Virus record (IMG/VR): IMGVR_UViG_3300011226_000001
Location: 160,001-224,000 of that record
DNA length: 64,000 bases
Strand: one strand, 5' to 3'
From: a virus
Lineage: Duplodnaviria; Caudoviricetes
Below are positions 37,901 through 46,500 of the stretch, piece after piece (position 1 is the stretch's first letter; every line of letters starts with the position of its first letter). The notes beneath the pieces are model-generated. The model saw only the letters and a list, made by a program, of their open reading frames with translations, did no database searches and was not told the DNA's origin. Both the position numbers and the translations under genes were made by a program.

Positions 37901-39276
37901 AGAAGGACGTCATCACGACAATGCCTCTGCCCTCGTTTGTCGATAACACCGACAGCGTTACGTCAGACACGTTCCCTCTGTTCGAGCTTACTGTTGGGCA
38001 GGAAGATACTGCCACGGACTTCCCGTTATTTGAAGCTACCGTAGGACAGGAAGATACTGTTACGGATTTCCCTCTGTTCGAAGCCACAGTAGGACAGGAA
38101 GATACTGTTACGGATTTCCCTCTGTTCGAAGCCACAGTAGGTGATGATGCTGTATCTGACTCGTTCAGTGCTGCGTTCGTCGAAGGTCCAGGTGTTGTTG
38201 TAGATACCTTCCTGCCTGACTTCACCGAAGAGCTGTATGCTGTTAGTGATACGTTCATCAACAACTTTGTTGAGAACATTGACTTAGCGCCGCAGTATTT
38301 CGATCTGCGTAGCCCGGAGCACCGCACTTTAACCAAGGCTAAGTCTGATCAGATTCTGCCGAAGTTTGCGAATGACAAAGCCCTCTATCCTGTCGATGCT
38401 CTTGAGGCCAGCAAGGTCGACAATCTCGGACTGTACGATGGCGGCTCCACTTCGCCTCGTCAAGCGTCTGCTAGTGGCTTGTACCAACAGGAAGTAACAG
38501 AAGCGCAGTACGTTCCGCCAAGTGCTGTGTACCAAATCGGTTGGGCTAGACCTCAATGGGTTCCCGTAACTATGACGTATCAAGTAGATGCGCATGTTGC
38601 GAAATACGTTGATCCTCTCTATCACCCTGCTGTTCTGTTCATGCCTGAAATTCCGTTTGTGCGTCGTATGGACGCTCCTGTGTACTATCACTGCGCACCA
38701 CTGGAACCTCAATGGGCGAAAGAACCTGTTCAGTACCCGGTATCACCGGCACCGAGCGACTTCTATCATCTGAAAGCAGTTGCAGGTCAGCACGAGTCAT
38801 TTGACCCTCACACTGTCGATACTCCTACAGTGTACACTCACTTGATTGAAGGTAAGTTCATTCAGTCGAGTCAGAGCGGTAAGACTGAGGAGTTAGGTAC
38901 ACGTCAGGTTAACACGGCGAAAGTCATCCCTGTTGCACGTAAAGCAGGTAATCCTGTCACTCCTAAACCGATTAGTGTAGAGATTCATAAGACACGTAGA
39001 TCCACCAGCAAGCCTTACGCTGTTCTTGCACCTGTTGTCGAAGCATGGACGGTTGAGCCTAACCACGGTTCGATTGACAAGCCTCTTGAAGAGGGCTATT
39101 TTGCTACGGAACTTGACGCGTTGCAGAACGCTACTCAAGTCTGGGGCTTCGATCCTTCTGTGGTGTATGCTATCCAGCAGCCTAACGGTTACTGGACTTG
39201 GGCTCAGGTTACTGTGTGTGAAGAATCTTGTGGTTCTATGTCCTGTGCCGCGAGAGGATATTTGAGCGGGGGCTAA
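34951..39276 (+). CDS. Large beta-rich virion protein (1441 aa) with internal tandem repeats
   Basis: GAGGTG RBS; beta-strand-rich; DDTPNAFAW...TISGIN motif; 16-aa repeats; Cys-rich C-terminus. Confidence 0.75.
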   Translation: MAEMIPVVSATGAQSWSGNVTIQSHTDALTFRVVGGTFDDATTEKDIAPSSGSVYPISLLANVTVAASATQPVLLYYKDGDLWVLVHSMSRIFVRPQTKELDYRLVTRGMDAMPLGAAINPTYGGLVLGGGVRIPTVQDMQQGSVAKFSDFESTFFDLTKPVSIVHDRAARTLYYIHTDGDVSNTKVFGGMYDVDIAGYKVSYDSTGKRSAVVFHKSGQVDVLDEAMTQFGEPKQLGYQVNRVVCRRAGVGANTVDSYVAFDVDGRAHYLNASFVETSVKSDQFYVNGSDSYDVLSTLDGKLVGGNTAAAPASVFWYQFVPSSLLVFGHDGTNVYQFNIRDNVQNVAARPLVANDLVVFNTTAAWTAAGGKLVSGMDTNGSNALFDFASADSPTQTRSGWPYVELLTPPYTQEDTYDRLFYYAARPTTGLKHLAIRDYTVNMPDLSNINLGPSVTFKVTVDAGDPDIALPITAPAGVAVAATVDVTTTDIVDGKEVTTTTTVPVTKVYDGQEVTITLSHAFITSTSFPVSIGRSVYQFEMKADDTPNAFAWQNILGVDNDTWNRTEDVTISGINVAAPVSVLIDGQEDYDRVKIFVDGVETAMPVLIRNNQKLGFEILHENNTSRIDVDVGQGTSHFGIYTIVEAQIDVGRHWAYMPIGKEVKSDVFKNTGTIPLTLTIDSPEGAVFAGGSTTVTVPVNGTTSIKFTPTENKQYTIKFHSDQFSYEWYVWADAEWLGTPAPTKRAERYVMGDSGTLFIDNIPDNFWTYFTVPAGMLLDVDGVRVVVDLDSRGVYKEQGLVMGPFECADTMLKIYGLPSHDQPHTLMFGNAPFGWLYDMTVDPSYSAYATDSVQIFDVTPQDAVNEAVAIVDKTFVGTGTHSVNLEPVYDPELDVQLQWNDFEQGQTHASEPVSRVVDSGVATNEQIIAGHQFVQGNVENPQVVAGPQFDMGQKDFVDNFRMFDLIARSDIVIDKFDLFELTQGQKDVITTMPLPSFVDNTDSVTSDTFPLFELTVGQEDTATDFPLFEATVGQEDTVTDFPLFEATVGQEDTVTDFPLFEATVGDDAVSDSFSAAFVEGPGVVVDTFLPDFTEELYAVSDTFINNFVENIDLAPQYFDLRSPEHRTLTKAKSDQILPKFANDKALYPVDALEASKVDNLGLYDGGSTSPRQASASGLYQQEVTEAQYVPPSAVYQIGWARPQWVPVTMTYQVDAHVAKYVDPLYHPAVLFMPEIPFVRRMDAPVYYHCAPLEPQWAKEPVQYPVSPAPSDFYHLKAVAGQHESFDPHTVDTPTVYTHLIEGKFIQSSQSGKTEELGTRQVNTAKVIPVARKAGNPVTPKPISVEIHKTRRSTSKPYAVLAPVVEAWTVEPNHGSIDKPLEEGYFATELDALQNATQVWGFDPSVVYAIQQPNGYWTWAQVTVCEESCGSMSCAARGYLSGG
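37972..38142 (+). repeat. 48-bp in-frame tandem repeat, about 3.5 copies (FPLFEATVGQEDTVTD)
   Basis: Units start at 37972, 38020, 38068 and 38116. Confidence 0.9.
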
Positions 39277-39287
39277 TCCCCCGCTTT
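39265..39287 (+). terminator. Rho-independent terminator overlapping the stop codon
   Basis: AGCGGGGG-CTAAT-CCCCCGCT followed by TT. Confidence 0.7.
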
Positions 39288-39300
39288 ACCTCGCGTAAGC

Positions 39301-39308
39301 TAATTTCA
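39301..39308 (+). promoter_or_regulatory. Candidate late promoter TAATTTCA
   Basis: Directly after a terminator and before the 39340 start. Confidence 0.5.
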
Positions 39309-39339
39309 ACGAGTGTTTGTACAACATAGAGACAATAAC

Positions 39340-41166
39340 ATGGTACTTTCCGTATCTGCATCATATCAAGATGCCGTATCGAAGTACGCGTGGATGAAGT
39401 ATACAGGTTCACGCGGAAAAGAAGTATCCCAACGAACTCATAAGCGCATGATTCGTGAAGGCGATATCTTCGGTATTCTCCCGCTGCGTAATGGCGGACG
39501 CTACACTCTCATTTTCCCTGATATGCCGCATGTTGACTTTCCACTCGACAAAGCTGCTGGCCTGTTCCTGATGGAACGCGCATCGAAGCTGCGCAAGGTA
39601 CCTGACGTTGTTAATCGTGAGAGTACTGGGCGTACTAAGACTGCCGGTGCTAAGACGATGGAGCGTCAACTCAATCGCAGTCAGTTCGATGCTGCTCGCT
39701 TCTCACCGCGTCGTGTCCCATCTGAATCGGTGTATGGCGTTAACTTCGACAACTATCAGTGGCGCATGGTTGCAAGCCCTGAATACCCTGTGAAAACTTC
39801 TAAGGGTATGACCAAGCTGTACAAGAACGACATGATTGGTGTGCGCTTCCTAAGACAGGGCAAAGGCGGTATCGTCATTAACTCTGAGGGCATGTTCCTT
39901 AAAGTTGATGATGCGCAGTATGACCTGATCGTGCATGACACCAACATCCTGCCGTTCAATGATTGGCCTAAAGGTGTTCTCACAGCAGAAGACGTTAAAG
40001 CCTATCGTCGTGTAGTTCGCCGAGCGCGTCGTCGTTCTGCACAGGAAGAGGAAGAAGCACAACGCCTTGCTAACAACGCTAAGATTCTGGAGCAGAAGCA
40101 ACAACGCAAAGAGCTACAGAAAGAAGCGAGCAAGAAAAAGCGCGAGCGTGAAGCTGAACTCAGCAGCTTACGTAAGAAAGTTCGTTCTGGTGAAGTTGAA
40201 GTTCCTAAACCAGAAGTGCGTACTGTCTACGAAGATGATGTTGATAGGCGAGGTAAGCGTGTGCGTGTAATCGAGGAAGAAATCTTGGATGATGAAATCG
40301 AAGAAATCGAAATCGACGCGGACCTCGACGAGCAGAAGCTCGAAGATATCCTGTCACGCAGTCCGTTCGCTGGCGATGCGTTCAATATCGAAGACTCTGT
40401 AGGCTCTTTGTTTGGTGGCGATGATTCACAAGACCACGAAGACCCTGAACTGGATCTGTCAGACATTGACGAACCAGAAGATGACGAAGAAGACGTACCG
40501 CCTAAGAAAGTCCGCACTAAAGCAGGTAAGAAAGCACAGCCTGCCGAAGAAGAGGAAAACCCTGATGCAGAAGAAGACGTTGACGATAGCGATCCAGATG
40601 CTGATGATGCAGATGATGGGGACGCCGATTCAGATACCGACGACGAATCTGTGGATGATGACTCCGCTGACGACGAAGGAACTGACGGAGAAGGTGAAGA
40701 TGGAGAAGACGAGGAAGAAGAGGAGGATGAATCCTCTGACACCTCTGACGCTGTAGACGAAACCGACGCAGACGAAGACCAAGACTCCGACGTTGCAGCC
40801 GCAGAGCAGGAAGCGAAAGAGACTGCCAAGAAGATTGCAGCCGCTAACAAATCTACTCCTCAACATCGCGCTGAGGAAGCAGAAGAGGGTGATGTGCTCA
40901 GGTTCAAGGCAGATGCGAAGCTCAATCGTGATTGGGTTATCGTGCGCGTCAGTACGCATTCTACCTCTGATAACATCGTCATCTATACGCTCTACGATAT
41001 CACCAATAGCCCAGACGAAGTACGTCAGGTGCGTGTGAACCGTGCGCGTAAACAGAACCTCTTTGACTATGCCGAACATGTGAAAGATATGGCGCCTAAG
41101 CTGTTCAATCGTGTGCTCGACATGACCGAAGATTTCCCTGTCAACAAAGACCCTATCGCCTCTTAA
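39340..41166 (+). CDS. Putative internal head protein with duplicated N-terminal domain, basic coiled coil and acidic tract
   Basis: Starts MVLSVSAS; two copies of a domain shared with 47280 and 56300; long D/E tract. Confidence 0.7.
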   Translation: MVLSVSASYQDAVSKYAWMKYTGSRGKEVSQRTHKRMIREGDIFGILPLRNGGRYTLIFPDMPHVDFPLDKAAGLFLMERASKLRKVPDVVNRESTGRTKTAGAKTMERQLNRSQFDAARFSPRRVPSESVYGVNFDNYQWRMVASPEYPVKTSKGMTKLYKNDMIGVRFLRQGKGGIVINSEGMFLKVDDAQYDLIVHDTNILPFNDWPKGVLTAEDVKAYRRVVRRARRRSAQEEEEAQRLANNAKILEQKQQRKELQKEASKKKREREAELSSLRKKVRSGEVEVPKPEVRTVYEDDVDRRGKRVRVIEEEILDDEIEEIEIDADLDEQKLEDILSRSPFAGDAFNIEDSVGSLFGGDDSQDHEDPELDLSDIDEPEDDEEDVPPKKVRTKAGKKAQPAEEEENPDAEEDVDDSDPDADDADDGDADSDTDDESVDDDSADDEGTDGEGEDGEDEEEEEDESSDTSDAVDETDADEDQDSDVAAAEQEAKETAKKIAAANKSTPQHRAEEAEEGDVLRFKADAKLNRDWVIVRVSTHSTSDNIVIYTLYDITNSPDEVRQVRVNRARKQNLFDYAEHVKDMAPKLFNRVLDMTEDFPVNKDPIAS

Positions 41167-41187
41167 CACTGTAAATACCAGTGTTAA
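41163..41187 (+). promoter_or_regulatory. CTGTAAATA motif embedded in a perfect 9-bp inverted repeat
   Basis: TTAACACTG-TAAATAC-CAGTGTTAA upstream of the ligase gene. Confidence 0.55.
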
Positions 41188-41205
41188 TGACGATTGGAGA
41201 AAATC

Positions 41206-43152
41206 ATGCAAATCTCTTTGAAGCGGCTCGAAAAGAATCCTGATAAGATTCTGGACACGCTCAATCTAACTCAAGCGACGAAGCTGGTGGCGCATCTCGA
41301 CGATGCGTTTCACACTGACTCTGAGGGTTTGATATCCGACGCCGTGTACGATCACATTCGCAACTACATCGACAAGCGCTGGCCTAAGTCTAAGCTGGCG
41401 CGTAAAGTCGGTGCGCGTGATGATTCTGATGTTAAGCTGCCTGTACCAATGGCAAGTCTTGACCAGTTCGTTCTCGGTGGTAAGCAGTTGACGAAAGCTC
41501 TGGCAGAAGACGTTGACTGGATTCTTACTGACAAGCTCGACGGCCTGAGCATTGAGATCGTTTACGAGAAAGGCGTACCTGTTCGTGCGCTTACTCGTGG
41601 CGATGCAACTCACGGTAAAGACGTGTCACAGCATTTACCTGCTATGCGTATACCTCAGAAAATCTCTGAGAAAGGTCAAGTCGTGTTGCGTTGTGAAGCG
41701 CTAATCCCGTACAAAACCTTTATGGCGAAGCTGCATGAATCTGCTGGTGGCCGCTTCAAAGCTGCACGTAACGCTGCATCTGGTCTGGTACGTAACTTCG
41801 AAACAGCGAAAGAGTTCAAGTACGTCCACATGGTGTGCTTCGGTATCATCGGTGGTAAGGGCGCTACACTCAAACAGTCTTCGCAGTTCAAGCTGTTAGA
41901 GAAATGGGGATTTGAGGTGGTTCGCCACTTCGGTCCTCTGCGCTTCGAGTCAGAAGAAGAACTCATTCCGTGGTTGGACAAACGCATTTCTAAGGCGAAG
42001 TATGAACTTGATGGGATTGTAATGACCCGTGATATTCCTACGCCTAAAGCAACTGCGAGCAATCCTAAACACGCTTTCAAGTTCAAGATGAACGTTGAGT
42101 CAGACACGGTTATTGTGACTGTCAAAGACGTAATCTATCAAGAGTCTAAGTACGGTGTACTCGCACCTGTCGCGCTGTTCCCACCTACTGTTATGCCTGG
42201 TGGTGTCACAGTCGAACGTGCTTCTGCGCACAACGGCTTCTACGTTGAGCACGGCTATCTCAAGCCGAAGAAGAAAGGTGCTGTCATGGGACCTAAGCGT
42301 CCTCTTGGCCCAGGCGCTAAGGTTAAGTTGATTCGAAGCGGCAAGGTTATTCCATACATCATGGAAATCCTCAAGCCTGCTAAGAAGCCTAAGCTGCCTG
42401 ACGTACAGTACAAGATCAATGGCGTTGAGTTCGTCGCTAAGACGAAGACCAGTGCTGCTGACTCTCGTATGCTCGGCTCGTTCTTGAAAGGGCTTGACGT
42501 TGCGAACACAGGACCGAGTACGTGTAAGCTGCTCGTTGCTTCTGGTATCAAAACTCCTCAGCAATTGTTCGATGCGTCTATGGCTGCGTTGCGTGAGATC
42601 GTTGGTGATTCACGCGGTCGTCAGTTAGCGAAAGACCTGAAAGCGTTGAAAGCTGGTGTACCGATGAATACGTGGCTGAAAGCTACAGCTTCATTCTTTA
42701 TGCGCGGTGCTAACACAACGTTTGATAAGGTTGTCGATGCCATTCCTAACCTTGAGTATTATCTCAAGCGCGGGTACACTGCTGATCTGACTCTCAAGGT
42801 CAACAGTATGCACGGTGTCGATAAGCTGGCTCCTCAGATTGCTGATGCTGCTATCAAGTCGTACATGATGGCCTCAGAGATGGGCGTGACTCTCGTTGCA
42901 CCGAAGAAAGTGAAAGTGGTTAGCACTAAGCTCAAAGGCGTTAACGTAGCATTCACTGGTGTGCGTGATCGTGACCTGATGAAACGCATTGTCGAACTTG
43001 GTGGCGTTGCGTCTGACGGCATGAAAGCTGACACGTCGATTCTGATTGCTAAAGACCCTGGCTCTGGTTCCGCGAAGCTACAGAAAGCGATTGACAAGGG
43101 CATTCCTGTTATGAGCATTGCGGAGTTCAAGAGCAAATACAAACTGGAGTGA
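41206..43152 (+). CDS. ligA: NAD+-dependent DNA ligase
   Basis: ISDAVYD (Ia); MASL; TDKLDG; ALTRGD; RNAASG; LDGIV; AFKF; OB-fold RASAHN; C-terminal BRCT VAFTG...KLQKA...GIPV. Confidence 0.92.
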   Translation: MQISLKRLEKNPDKILDTLNLTQATKLVAHLDDAFHTDSEGLISDAVYDHIRNYIDKRWPKSKLARKVGARDDSDVKLPVPMASLDQFVLGGKQLTKALAEDVDWILTDKLDGLSIEIVYEKGVPVRALTRGDATHGKDVSQHLPAMRIPQKISEKGQVVLRCEALIPYKTFMAKLHESAGGRFKAARNAASGLVRNFETAKEFKYVHMVCFGIIGGKGATLKQSSQFKLLEKWGFEVVRHFGPLRFESEEELIPWLDKRISKAKYELDGIVMTRDIPTPKATASNPKHAFKFKMNVESDTVIVTVKDVIYQESKYGVLAPVALFPPTVMPGGVTVERASAHNGFYVEHGYLKPKKKGAVMGPKRPLGPGAKVKLIRSGKVIPYIMEILKPAKKPKLPDVQYKINGVEFVAKTKTSAADSRMLGSFLKGLDVANTGPSTCKLLVASGIKTPQQLFDASMAALREIVGDSRGRQLAKDLKALKAGVPMNTWLKATASFFMRGANTTFDKVVDAIPNLEYYLKRGYTADLTLKVNSMHGVDKLAPQIADAAIKSYMMASEMGVTLVAPKKVKVVSTKLKGVNVAFTGVRDRDLMKRIVELGGVASDGMKADTSILIAKDPGSGSAKLQKAIDKGIPVMSIAEFKSKYKLE

Positions 43153-43154
43153 TT

Positions 43155-44072
43155 ATGCTCTCTTTGCCTTGTACGTTCGACTACTGGCGTAACTATAAAC
43201 CGCTGGCTCCGAACCTGACTGTGCGAGTGCGTAACTCAGGTGAAACTGAGATAACGCTCGAAAAGATCTTACAAGGCGCTCGTGATGAAGTGACGTTGCA
43301 TAGCCCTACTGAGGGTGTGCTTGATAAAGTGCCAGCTCAAAGGGGTTGGCGCCTTTCTGCTATCAAGGTTAATGACCCGATGGTCGGCACAGTGCGATTG
43401 AACAACTTCAACGATGCGTTCATCTACAGTCCACGAAGCGGTTACGTTGGCGCTGACTGTTTCGCTTACATCCTGACTAACGGTACGCAGCAATCAGACT
43501 CAGGTACGATTACCCTTGATGTTTATCAGTGGTACACGTATCAGATGCTGGTGTACAGACTGAACACGCAGAAGACATATCATCGTTTCACTGCGAAGCC
43601 GTTCATGAAGTACGCTTCCGGTCAGGCATCATTGAAGCCTGTCAAGTTCGCGCAGATTAGCTGGTACTACAACCAGTATCGTGCAGAGACAGACGCTCAG
43701 GGTGTGAAGCGAATTTTCAAGCGTCGTACTATCATGCAATCAACTGTTGCTGATTATACCTCTTACTACAACCATCGAGTGTATGCGCCTACCGTGATCG
43801 ACAGCGCGGAAGAAATTCGTGCATACACTTATTTCGATGACTCTCTCGGTACGGGCTTTGATGGTAACTATTCCCACCCATTCGTACCGAAGAACTCACA
43901 GGGCGACATTGAACTTGAGATACGGCTCTACACTGAGGAAAGAACGGTGTGGAATCCGTACACGCAGCAATATATGCTGCAAGTCGATCTCGACCAACCT
44001 ATCATCCTTGACTATCGCCTGTCTGATATCTATGGCAAGCAGTGGTGGGATAGTGGTAACATTTTAGTATAA
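43155..44072 (+). CDS. Virion protein with Ig/cadherin-like (Big_9-type) domain
   Basis: GTVRLN..DAFIYSPRSGYVGADCFAYILTNG..SDSGTITLDV. Confidence 0.65.
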   Translation: MLSLPCTFDYWRNYKPLAPNLTVRVRNSGETEITLEKILQGARDEVTLHSPTEGVLDKVPAQRGWRLSAIKVNDPMVGTVRLNNFNDAFIYSPRSGYVGADCFAYILTNGTQQSDSGTITLDVYQWYTYQMLVYRLNTQKTYHRFTAKPFMKYASGQASLKPVKFAQISWYYNQYRAETDAQGVKRIFKRRTIMQSTVADYTSYYNHRVYAPTVIDSAEEIRAYTYFDDSLGTGFDGNYSHPFVPKNSQGDIELEIRLYTEERTVWNPYTQQYMLQVDLDQPIILDYRLSDIYGKQWWDSGNILV

Positions 44073-44088
44073 CCCAAATGAGGCAAAC

Positions 44089-45336
44089 ATGAGAATCTGC
44101 GTAGCGGCTATCTGCCGTAATGAAGAAAAGAATATCGGTGAGTGGTTGAAGCACGTTGCTAAGGCTGATGCGATTAGTATCGTTGACACAGGCAGCGAAG
44201 ACCAGACTACTAACATCATCTCGGCGTTCACGCACCCGAACCTGTATCATATGTTCGACGTATCAGAAGAACGTAATCTAGGCGCGAGTCGTGAACTGGC
44301 CGCTACGCCGTTCTCCGAAGATGACCTCGTTGTGTGGCTAGACATTGACGAACGTTTCGATGATCCTGATTGGGTTGAAACGTTACGCAATACGAAACAC
44401 ATCAAACACGCAGAAGCTGTTTGGATTCTGATGCGCAACGGTGACAGTCACTACCAGCAAATGAAAGCGTATCGTCGTCGCTCTTACTTCTGGAAGTATC
44501 GTGCGCATGAAGTCCTGTCTTCCCGTAAGCCTGGACAGAACTTGCGTTGGGTGGAAGCAACGTTTGCAACAGACCATTACCCTGATCAGACAAAGCCTCG
44601 CAACTATTTGCTTGAGCTGGGTAAAGACGTTGGTGATTACCCGCATGATGATCGTTGCAGTTTCTACTATGCGCGTGAGCTGTGCTACGCAGTAAGCTAC
44701 AACGAACGCCCTGATTTGCTGGATGATGCGCGTCGTGAAGTAGACCGCCTTGCTGGTATTGCTAAGTGGGCAGACTACGTATCAATCGCTAACCTTGAAC
44801 TGGCAAAAGCAACGTTCAAACAGGGCTTCACTCAGGAAGCGATTGCTGCTTGTTATCGGGCAATAGCGTACCGTCCTGACCGCATTGAATGCTACGGTAT
44901 GATTGCTGATATCTTCTATCGTCACAACGATATGATGAACGCTGTGGGTATGGCCATTCAAGGCATTGATGCCTATAAGCAGAATCCAAAAAGTTTCTTG
45001 TTTGACCAGACCTCTATTAATTTAGATCTATGTTACGAAACAGCTTATTGGGGCTGTCGTAATCTCGGTATGGTTGAACCTGCTCTCAACTACCTCGCTC
45101 AACTCACCATGCTACGTGGTGAAGATCTGAATGAGGCAATTCAGAACTCTGGGCTGCTCTCATACATGCAGCCCGCTACTCAGGAAGAATCAAATGACAG
45201 TACAGCGAATGAAGTCAACGTCGGGGGTGCAGAGACTCAAGACGGCTCCAGCTCCGAACATAGTGAGCAGCTCCGAGCAGATGACTATCAAGTTAGGGGA
45301 GTCTCTGACGCCAGCGAACAAAGCAAGCCTGATTAA
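44089..45336 (+). CDS. Family 2 glycosyltransferase with TPR-like C-terminal region
   Basis: ICVAAICRNEEKNI, IVDTGSEDQT, DxD motif WLDIDE, RAHE; helical repeats FYYARE...AIAYRPDRIECY. Confidence 0.85.
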   Translation: MRICVAAICRNEEKNIGEWLKHVAKADAISIVDTGSEDQTTNIISAFTHPNLYHMFDVSEERNLGASRELAATPFSEDDLVVWLDIDERFDDPDWVETLRNTKHIKHAEAVWILMRNGDSHYQQMKAYRRRSYFWKYRAHEVLSSRKPGQNLRWVEATFATDHYPDQTKPRNYLLELGKDVGDYPHDDRCSFYYARELCYAVSYNERPDLLDDARREVDRLAGIAKWADYVSIANLELAKATFKQGFTQEAIAACYRAIAYRPDRIECYGMIADIFYRHNDMMNAVGMAIQGIDAYKQNPKSFLFDQTSINLDLCYETAYWGCRNLGMVEPALNYLAQLTMLRGEDLNEAIQNSGLLSYMQPATQEESNDSTANEVNVGGAETQDGSSSEHSEQLRADDYQVRGVSDASEQSKPD

Positions 45337-46072
45337 CGCCTTTGAACTGGCTGCGCGTAAGAAGCTCGGTCAGTCAATTACACCAGAAGATATTCTGAGT
45401 GTGGCAAAGCGTACTGTCGTTCCTGCTATCGCTGCGCGTATCTACACTGAGATTGCGAACTCGACCGAGAAGCAAACGTTCATGACTATGGCGCGTCTTG
45501 CTATCGGTCTGTCTGAAATCTATTGCAAGAAAGCTGGCCTGACGGCTGGCTCTCAGGGAACGCAGATGCCTGTTGTTATCGGCGGTTATTTCATTAACCG
45601 TGTGCTTAACGATAGCTCCAGCACCATCGCACAAATCAACGCGATCAATCTGCCTATCGAGCAGAAGTTTGCTGCGCTGTTTGAATCGTTCTGGTCGTCG
45701 TTGGATATCGAAGCGCTGAAAGAGAAGATGGTTCCACGCTCTGAGTCTGCTTCTCGCGTAACGTTCAAGACCATCAAGTCGCCTGATATCTACAAAGGCA
45801 CTGAGCAGATTAGTTATGCTGTCAATGCTGGTGGACGTGTATGCGGTAAGATTTCGTGGGATAAAGCGTGTGGTGAATGCTCTGAGAAATCTACCGGCTG
45901 GGTAGTAACCCTGTTCGATGGTTTCAACGAGGCTGCGTATCGCTCTGGGCGTAGTGCGAACGCGCATGAACCATTCACTGCTGTCCATAAAGGTGAAGTC
46001 AAGTTGCACAACCCTGCACGTATGACTTTGGCTCTCGCTAAGTCTTGGGCGCGTGGTGCATTGCGAGGTTAA
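45194..46072 (+). CDS. Hypothetical protein (possible head protein)
   Basis: ATG after AGGAAG; overlaps the GT gene end; KSTSG and RSESA motifs; exact start uncertain. Confidence 0.65.
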   Translation: MTVQRMKSTSGVQRLKTAPAPNIVSSSEQMTIKLGESLTPANKASLINAFELAARKKLGQSITPEDILSVAKRTVVPAIAARIYTEIANSTEKQTFMTMARLAIGLSEIYCKKAGLTAGSQGTQMPVVIGGYFINRVLNDSSSTIAQINAINLPIEQKFAALFESFWSSLDIEALKEKMVPRSESASRVTFKTIKSPDIYKGTEQISYAVNAGGRVCGKISWDKACGECSEKSTGWVVTLFDGFNEAAYRSGRSANAHEPFTAVHKGEVKLHNPARMTLALAKSWARGALRG

Positions 46073-46073
46073 C

Positions 46074-46490
46074 ATGCCGCAATTCTCTTTTGACTATAAC
46101 ATTGGTGACATTGTTTCGTTTGAAGTTCCCTCGAAGCATTGCTCACCGTGTATTCTGCGTGGCACTATCAATTCGATTCTGATCAATAAAGATGAAGCTA
46201 TCTATATGATTGGAAGTCGCTACGCACAGCACCCGGTTCCGGAGAAGGATATCGTCAAGCCTATATTCAGTACGAAATCCTTCGACGTGTTTTATCCTGG
46301 CGTTGAGGTTATTGCGACACTGAAAGATTCAGGCCGAGAAGTTCTTGCGTATGTTGAAAACGCAGTAATTTCAGATGGACGGCTACGCTACTGGTTAAGC
46401 ACTATGGACGGACTCAATGCTTTTCAAGTTGAAGAGGGGTGTGTCCGCTTAGCCAACGCAAGCGCTGATAACATCAACAATTTCCAATAG
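46074..46490 (+). CDS. Hypothetical protein with possible tandem small beta-barrels
   Basis: GAGG RBS; YNIGDIVSF and FYPGVEVIA segments. Confidence 0.65.
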   Translation: MPQFSFDYNIGDIVSFEVPSKHCSPCILRGTINSILINKDEAIYMIGSRYAQHPVPEKDIVKPIFSTKSFDVFYPGVEVIATLKDSGREVLAYVENAVISDGRLRYWLSTMDGLNAFQVEEGCVRLANASADNINNFQ

Positions 46491-46500
46491 GGAGAACACG

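Noticed and set aside
37972-38142. CRISPR-like array
   Set aside because: Contiguous in-frame 48-bp coding repeats with no unique spacers
39256-39276. C-terminal GYLSGG as a ubiquitin-like diglycine
   Set aside because: The SGG codons form the 5' arm of the overlapping terminator hairpin, and no beta-grasp domain is evident
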